A stretch of DNA of 64,000 nucleotides from Octopus vulgaris (taxonomy: Eukaryota), in the NCBI GenBank assembly GCA_951406725.2, contig OX597815.1:30690001-30754000 (forward strand), read 5' to 3'. The notes below the pieces were generated by a model. It was not told the origin of the DNA. It ran no database searches and worked only from the letters and a program-made list of their open reading frames with translations. The translations under genes were made by a program, and so were the position numbers. Below are positions 55,943 through 64,000 of this stretch, piece after piece. The stretch's first letter is position 1, and each line of letters opens with the position of its first letter.

Positions 55943-58179
55943 CAAAGCATATACATACAGATATTTATATATAAATTTCCGTACAAAGACACACGCAATC
56001 GTTTATTTGTATGTGTGTACAAGTAAACATATATAATAAAATTTCGTATATACATATTGTCTGGGAAATAAATGTTGATTTGAAAATAACAGATTAAATA
56101 TTTGAGAAAAACAAATTCGCCAAGCGATAAATCAACATTGGAGAGGAGAGACAGAGCTGAAGGTATGTTGGAGATAACAAATAGACAAAAGAAAAGTCAA
56201 TAGAAATATTTAATAAATAAATAAATAGTTTAATAAAACAACAGCGTTTTATGACTGACGTCACAACTTGTCAATAATGGTGTGGCCACTGTTCATGAGA
56301 ATTCGGGAAATTTCGCCCCTGAAACACAGACTTCAGTTTAATTACCAATTTAAAATTGTTAACCTTATCTGAATTAATTTAACGCTACCTAAATTTGATT
56401 TTCACCCTAGAGACTAATTCATAATTATATTTCCTAATATTTCTTTCTAGAATTTTCTTTAATTCTGTCCTTCTTTCTGTCATTCATTATATTTTTTCTC
56501 GTATTCTATCATTTGAATCTTTATGTCTTTTCAGTTAATTTTCATTTATTCCTTCCCCATTCTCCATTTCTTTCCATGTTTTACTATCTTTCTCTCCAGT
56601 TTTACTACTACTCTTTATTTTCTTTCCCTTTTTGCTTTTCCTTCTTTCGATTTGCATTACTCAAGTATCTTCCTTTTTTTCCAATTTTACTTGGTTTGCC
56701 TTCACATTGGTCATTTTGCAATATTTTTTTTTCTTTATTCCTCTCTCTTTCTCGCCCCTCTCTCCCTTTTTCTTTCATTCTTTTAATTTTGCCTCTTTAC
56801 GTTCCATTTTCTGTATTAATCCGAAATCATTTCGAGGGAGAATACTGATGTTTTTTTCTGACATCTAAACGCAGAATCGCATGCACTTATCTCTTATTCA
56901 TCAATCCTAAAAAAAAAAGAGAGAACAAGCAAATATATCCAAAATTTAAATATGTTCCAGACCAGCGCAGCCAGAGAATTTCAGCAATAAACTCGTCCTA
57001 TTTATTATGATAAAAAATTTTAAAAATCAAGCTATAAAGCAGTATTTTATTTATATTTTAGTGAACATAGAATAGCAAAGTGTCCTAAGGAACTTAAGTT
57101 TTCTATTCTGCTTCACTAAGATGCTGCCATTAAACCTGAATGCCAAAATGCCGATGGCAATTTATTTGTACAATTCCAAGAAAATCATCTAATGCCAACA
57201 TTTATTGGCTTGAATTTTCTGAAAACTCAGGAGAGAGAGTATCAAATTTGTTTGCGTTATCGTTGTTGATTTCGTTTTGCTTTTAAACTTTTTCTCTTTG
57301 GTTGGGAGAGATTCGATCTCTCCATTGTGAGCCACAAATTTATTTAACCGCTTCCACTTATCCCAAGATCAACTATGCACACACATACTCACACAAAATG
57401 CACACACTTTCACCTCTGATATCCAGCATTGAAACTTTAAGAGAAAACATTAATTGAAATATCAAGTGTAAAATGTTGCCCAACTTACGGGACACGAACT
57501 CACAATTATTCATTAAAATTCTGGACCGAAAATTCATTTATACGGCTGTTATTAAATTCTTACATTTAGGACCCTCTCAATGGACCCTTATTTTACAAAC
57601 AAATTTGTTATTATAAATTTAGCCCGCTTCTGAAACTTGAAACTTTTATTCTACAACTGCGACCCATCATAGAGCTAAACAGACTGATAGAAGAACAGAT
57701 AATTTTCCACTTTTCTCAGGAATATAAACTAAGATTCATGGCACATCGTCTGTCAGTTCAATAACTTATTGAAATTTCAAACATTATGATAGTATTTTGC
57801 AATGATTTGAAGGAGTTTAAGAGTTACAGTAACTTTCTATAGATTCGTTGTAACCGACATTCTAGGTACGAGCACCTTATCCAGTTATCCAGGGTTTCTT
57901 TTACTCTATTATTCTTCTGCTTTGTTTCTACGGTTTCGGTTTTCTGTGTTAATCCAAAATAATTTTGGAAGAGAAGTATCATTGTATTCTTGATATGTAA
58001 ATGCGGAATCTAGCACATTTAGCTCATATGCATTAATTCTTTCTAAGCAAATTTTGCTATATCAGTGAACTAAATCAATATAAAAACAGGATATTTTAAC
58101 ACAATGGTCATACCCCACAAAACTGCAGACTATTAACTGGACTTCTACTTTCTCATATGGCATAACAACATAAATCATG

Positions 58180-58671
58180 AATGCAAGTATGGCTGCTTTA
58201 TTAAGCAGTTTTCACTGTGTGACATCTTTTATCTTTGGGAAAAACATCTGTTATAGCCTCGGTACAACAAAATTTCCGAAAGTGCAATTTGGTATGCGGA
58301 AATGTTTGAAAATATTCGATGAACTATTTCTGTTTGTGTGTAATACACATAATCTATCAGTTTATTTAGTAGCAACATCTATGGCTGTCTTTATGGCACG
58401 TTCGATTTAGGTTACCAATCTCAAGAAAAACCTATCCGTCTCTTTCTCACAGTATAGATGTCGTAATAAAAAGTTCCTCCGATTAGAATTCTACATGAAT
58501 TAATGTACAAAACTGAAAACTAGCACAAAACGTAGTTTGAAATATAGTTTTGATTCCTGGGTTTGGTATATCACTTCGTTTATTATCTAAAGGAAGGTCT
58601 GAACATAATCAAGCATGATATTTCTTTGTATTATAAATCCGAGGTTTTGTGAGTAGGCTACAAATCAATAT
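58180..58671 (-). repeat. Arm 2 of the ~490-bp inverted duplication
   Basis: See 52026-52519. Confidence 0.95.
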
Positions 58672-59786
58672 CACTGGTTACATTATTTTCATCATTTATT
58701 AAAATAAAAAAAAAGTATTAAAAAACTAATAAGAAATTTTCAGATTTCTTTTCCGTTCAGATGATATTACATATGAGATAATTCTTTAATTTTTTTTTTT
58801 TTAAGAAAGAGATAAAAATCAATGGTAGAAAATATATTTGTTGAAAAAGAATTTGGTATTTTCATTCATTTATTTATTTATATATTTATCTAGGCATTTA
58901 TTATGATTATTTTTTGCTTTGTTGTTGTTGCCATGCTGCTTATGTTGTTGCTTTTGTTTTTGTCATTGTCGTCGCGCTGTTAAGTTGAGCAGAATAAGTT
59001 TCCAGAACCCAATTTTCTCGTTTGTAGCAGTGGTTTAGGTTGGCGTGTAATGACGTTAAAATATATTATCTGAGGAATCGGTGTGTGAAAGGGAGTATTA
59101 CTAGAGGCATGTTTTGTCAATAAGCAGTAAACTGTACTTATGCGTATGGAATGACACTAATACAAAAAAGGAAAAAAACAACACAACAAAACAAAACAAA
59201 ATACGAAAAATACATAAACCAAACGAAAAGGCTAGAAACAACAAACAACAATGATATCAACAGCTAGAGCAACAAAAGCAAAATAGATGTTTGCTCGGCT
59301 GGTTGGAGCCTCTGTACTTGGGTTCGTTGTTTTTGTGGCACCAAGCTTGAAAATGATTGTCTGAAAGTGTAATTATTGCATCAGTGACTATTAGAAAAGA
59401 AATTTATACATTGGAAGGTGTTCTAATGACCAAAGATATGCCAATACTAAATGTATATGTTCTGTAACCATGACAAGTTGTTTTAATTGTAGAAACATCG
59501 GATTCTCTTTTTCGTCCAGATTTAGAAAATTCCGAAATAGCTATCAACATTTCTAGTGTAGAAAGTTAGAAAAACATATTTTGATGCTCCTTTATATTGC
59601 TACGAAACTCGCCGTAAGTTCCACATGTCATGAATCGTAGATGTTCATCATACACACGCATATGTACAAATATCACGAATGTATAAAATGGTTGAATAAG
59701 TCTGAGCGATGTTCGTGCTTTTCGGAGGAATGAGAAAACTAACTTGAAGATATATAATTTCAATCTAGAATAAAAATCTAGTCATA

Positions 59787-60188
59787 GGCGCAGGAGTGGC
59801 TGTGTAGTAAGTAGCTTGCCTATCAACCACATGGTTCCAGGTTCAGTCTCACTGCATGGCGTCTTGAGCAAGTGTCATCTACTATAGCATCGAGCCGACC
59901 AAAGCCTTGTGAGTGGATTTGGTAGACGGAAACCGAAAGAATCCCGTCGTATATATGTATATGTGTGTGTGTGTGTGTGCGTGTATGTTTGTGTGTCTGT
60001 GTTTGTCCCCCTAGCATTGCTTGACAACAGATGCTGGTATGTTTATGTCCCCGTCACTTAGCGGTTCGGCAAAACAGACCGATAGAATAAGTACTGGGCT
60101 TACAAAGAATAAGTCGTCCTGGGGTCGATTTCCTCGACTAAAGGCATGACCGCAGTCAAATGACTGAGACAAGTAATAGAGTAAAAGA
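59787..60188 (+). mobile_element. SINE family A copy
   Basis: Homology to 949-1396. Confidence 0.9.
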
Positions 60189-62939
60189 ATATTATCATTG
60201 TAATCTAAACATATTACGTATATTGATATATTCAATGGAGAGAGAAAAGACAATGTGTCTTGATTTTTATGACGTAGCATAAAAGGTGTGAAATATCTTA
60301 AATTAGTAAGAGGAATTAAGGAGACAGCCATCAGCCTGAGATTATGTTTTTCATTTAGTGACCACTAATATGATTTTCTCACTGTTCGATCTCCCACAGG
60401 TTTGCCCTCGTATATCAGACATCAAATATCTTCTGCATGTCAGAACTTTAGCTGCAGAAATGTAGCTGTTGATGTCTGCAACACTTTCAACTGCGCTATG
60501 ACAGCTTTGTAGCTCATATGCCCCACTGTAGGTCAATCATCTATTTCACCAAAAGTTTCTGTTCTGACTGCCTTGTTAAAGTCTGTCCTCATGAGGACCT
60601 CTTTAATCCCCATAAGCTTATCTTCAAATTCGAAAATATCTAAAGCATTCTTTTATCTGCATATTTATAACTTTCTTGCTGATAAATCTGGCAACACACT
60701 CTATTCAAATGTTACCATGTCATTTCTCCCTCATGTCCCGCGTGCATGTGGTTTCCCTATACAATTTAAATACCTTCTATCAATGAAACAGTATTGCACT
60801 CTATCTTTTCTGCACCTTAAAAACATTCAGTCGAAAGGCCTCACATACACTGTAGTTGCTTTCATTTCATAACCTTTGATGACATGCTAAATTGATTTCC
60901 AAACTGTGTTAAGCCTAGACTAGGTATAATCCTCAGGGACAAAAAAGTTCTTCGACTCTGCTTAGTAACTAACCGCCCTCAGAGCTCAACTGTAAAGATA
61001 GTAATTCGGTCACTGGCAATATATTAGTTGCTAATACATTTTCTTCTTTTAACTCCTTGTACCGCAACAACAATCACCTTTAAATGTTTTAACTTCATAT
61101 TCACTCAACTGAAAATCACACAACGCTTTGCCATCTCTTCTTCACCCATCTTACCTAGACTCAACTCTAAGATCTGCTTAATCTTTGTTCCTAGAATTGC
61201 TACCGTCTTAGGAGCGTTAACCAAAAATGTTCCAGTTAAGTAAGATGTCACACAATGTTATTTACTCTGTAACTCATTCATAACATCGTCAAAACAAAGA
61301 CTATGCAATTAATTGCTCACCATATTTCTGGTATAATTATTCCTGATTTAGACACTAAGCCGTGTTTACATAAAAAAAAAATATAGCGCGGGGCTCATCC
61401 TTCGCTCAGGGACATATTATAGAAAAGAACTGAATAGTACATTGTTATGCTAGTGTTCCTCGTAAAGCTAGCAAACTGATCACTCAAAAAGGAAACCGCT
61501 TTTAAGAATCTTACACATAATCATTCAGGAGCTTAACTCTCACTAATTTTTTATGTATATTAATGCAAATTTAAAAACAAAAACATAGGGAACTAAACTA
61601 GGACATTGCAGCTTCATTGCATTTTTAGAAGCCGTTGCTGGCCTAAATGCGATTTTAGAGAATAACCATTCTGCTCCCCACCTTGTCTTGTTTCATATCA
61701 GTAAGAACCGTACTTGCTTGAGGTTTTGAAGTTTATACAGCTGCCTCTCGCATCAGTCTTAAAGATACTATGTATGTCATACATATGTTGTGATATTCAT
61801 ATCGTTTTAATCATGACATACGATATAGCCTGTGTACATCAAATCCTCTCTAGTAATTGCAGCTGGCCTAAAGATATGACAAGTGTCACGTAGTTAACTG
61901 AAGAGTTGACAGTTCAGATCTTGTTAACGACGCTGTGCTATGCACAAGATGCAGGGTAGTATACTATGAAGCATTATATTATCTTCAGAATTTTACTGTA
62001 GTCGATATGAGAATAATAAATTTAGACTTGCACTAGAACGCAACGACAAATTTTCGAAATTATGCATGTAAACTGATTGATTATTGGGTAACATTAACAA
62101 CCCGGATGCATGACTGGTATTTAATTTATTGACAGAGGAATGATAAAAAGCAAAAATCAAACCTCAATTCTGAAAGCAAAGCAATGTAATTAAGTACATC
62201 ATGGTATTTTGTCTTGCAGTCTAATGTTTTCCTCTAAAATCTCTTAAATTATTAGCATGATGTGAAGACGGTAAATATACGACTGGGGAAGCGACTGGTC
62301 TCTATGATTATCTGAAATGCCACAGCAGTAAGTAAATAAGATGTAATATTCTCAACAGAGGATCGAAACCAAACTGTTCGTCATACACAGTGTTTTATAA
62401 CTACATTAAGCTTCTGAATTATGCAGTGATAAATTCAATTATCTGGGAAAAATTCTTCTATTTTTGTTTTATGCGTTTGGAAAAGACAAAAGCTCTTCTG
62501 TTTCAAATACCCTATATAAAGACGGAGGTGACGAGTCATGCCTTTTAAAGATATTATTTGATTTCCGATAAGCTACATGCGATGCATTCTATATTAAGTT
62601 TATCATGATGCGTAGTATATATGATGCATGATATATTAAACATACTAAACAATATAATATTTCAACATGATGTTATTCAGTTCACGTTCGTGAACGCATA
62701 TATTTTTATTCAGTATTCTCTGTAAATATATAATCGAGTAACATATATCTCAAAGGCATTAAGTATCAAATTCTTTGTTGACATCATTTAAAATTTATCT
62801 AATGTTTACTATTTATCTATCTTACATATATATCATCGAAATATAATCCAGACTCACTTTACATGTATATACATCCACACGTACACGAATGCTTACATAC
62901 ATGTGCACACAGACAGACACACAGACACAGACACACATA

Positions 62940-62988
<49 letters not shown>

Positions 62989-63637
62989 ACACGTACACAA
63001 ATTGAAGGTGCTTTCTACAATAAGGGAAGGGCAGATATATGAAGGATATAACGTATCTGAAAAAGAATTTTGAAGATTGTTTCCAAGTAAATAATTTTTC
63101 GCATAAAACTTTGATGGCAATATTTTAGCAAGCCATCGGGTCAATTGCTCACTGTATGGAAGAATTCCGTTTTGGGCGTGGAATTATTAAATTATCGCAA
63201 AGCACATTTTCTCAAAGAAATCTCCTACAAACGGCCTGACAATTGCATTTCTTTAGATCTCACATGTCTTATACAAGACTGGCATTCAAAGTAACTTGCA
63301 TTTCACACAACAATCTTGTTAGCGAGTAGGGGTTGTAAGTTGAAATTTATGTGCACACACGCGCACACACATACACACACGCACATACGCACAAACATAT
63401 CCACATCCATGCACACACACATATTAATATACACACAAACATAGGTATGCATATATCTATGTCTAGTAGAAGGAAAATTCCGAAATAACACCCGCTGCAT
63501 TGCTAAATGGTTGATTTTGCTCTCGCTTGTTTCTGGACGGCATAGCTTTGTAGGTGAGAATATTAGCGGAGCTATTTCAAACTTATCGCCTTCAAATTTC
63601 AGCATTTGCTGACATCAATTATCTTAAACATCTAGGA

Positions 63638-63765
63638 CAGTGGGTCTCAACCGAGGGCGGGGTCTATATGGCTCTTGGTGATCCGTACAAAATTATTGAG
63701 TGCCCACACAAGCAAAATACTAAACTGGGGACCCACAGTAGTATATTAACAGTCTATGAAAAGAA
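63638..63765. mobile_element. hAT-type MITE left end
   Basis: cagtgggtctcaacc resembles CAGTGGTTCTCAACC hAT TIRs. No right end was seen. Confidence 0.45.
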
Positions 63766-63770
63766 ATTAC

Positions 63771-63960
63771 GGAGATGTACTTGCATAGCAACTGACCTGA
63801 TCTGAGATCGTGTGCTGGAACGAAAACAATTGCAGGGTGGAAGGTGTTTATAAACCATTTAAGAAACACAAAAAAACCGCTAGATTCACTTCAACATTTA
63901 AATTTAATTTGTCAAAATCTTTTCGTCGCTTTGAGACCGCGACCTGTTCACCGACAAAAC
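63771..63960 (-). mobile_element. PLE terminal-repeat remnant with variant hammerhead-like motif
   Basis: Minus strand of 63908-63958 reads tttgtcg GTGAACA G GTCGC ggtctcaaa GCGAC GAAA AGAT TT tgacaaa. Homologous to 25526-25667. Confidence 0.65.
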
Positions 63961-64000
63961 TGTGCTGAAAAAAATTGCTTTACATGTATTTATTCTATGA

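Overview
This is AT-rich eukaryotic DNA that reads as intergenic or intronic. Dense (TA)n/(CA)n/(ATT)n microsatellites, a microsatellite-carrying tRNA-SINE and TTAGGG repeats suggest an Octopus genome (inference). I can support no intact host protein-coding gene; nearly all ORFs in the supplied track are translated microsatellites. The window is a patchwork of mobile DNA. It holds two decayed Penelope-like (PLE) RT bodies and many short PLE terminal-repeat remnants sitting in (TA)n tracts with fold-back ends. It also holds R4/Dong-like RLE LINE pieces inserted in (TAA)n, an RTE fragment, at least three SINE families, non-autonomous Helitrons, two Merlin-like MITEs carrying telomeric repeats, and mariner, hAT and MULE remnants. 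The most interesting observations are: (i) a 5'-truncated R4/Dong-like LINE flanked by an apparent target-site duplication of at least 113 bp; (ii) a series of hammerhead-ribozyme-like motifs, two with intact catalytic cores (51187-51246 and 7527-7567); (iii) a young ~490-bp inverted duplication 5.7 kb apart around a promoter-like island; (iv) MITEs that spread (CCCTAA)n. All alignments and translations outside the ORF track were done by eye, so boundaries are approximate.
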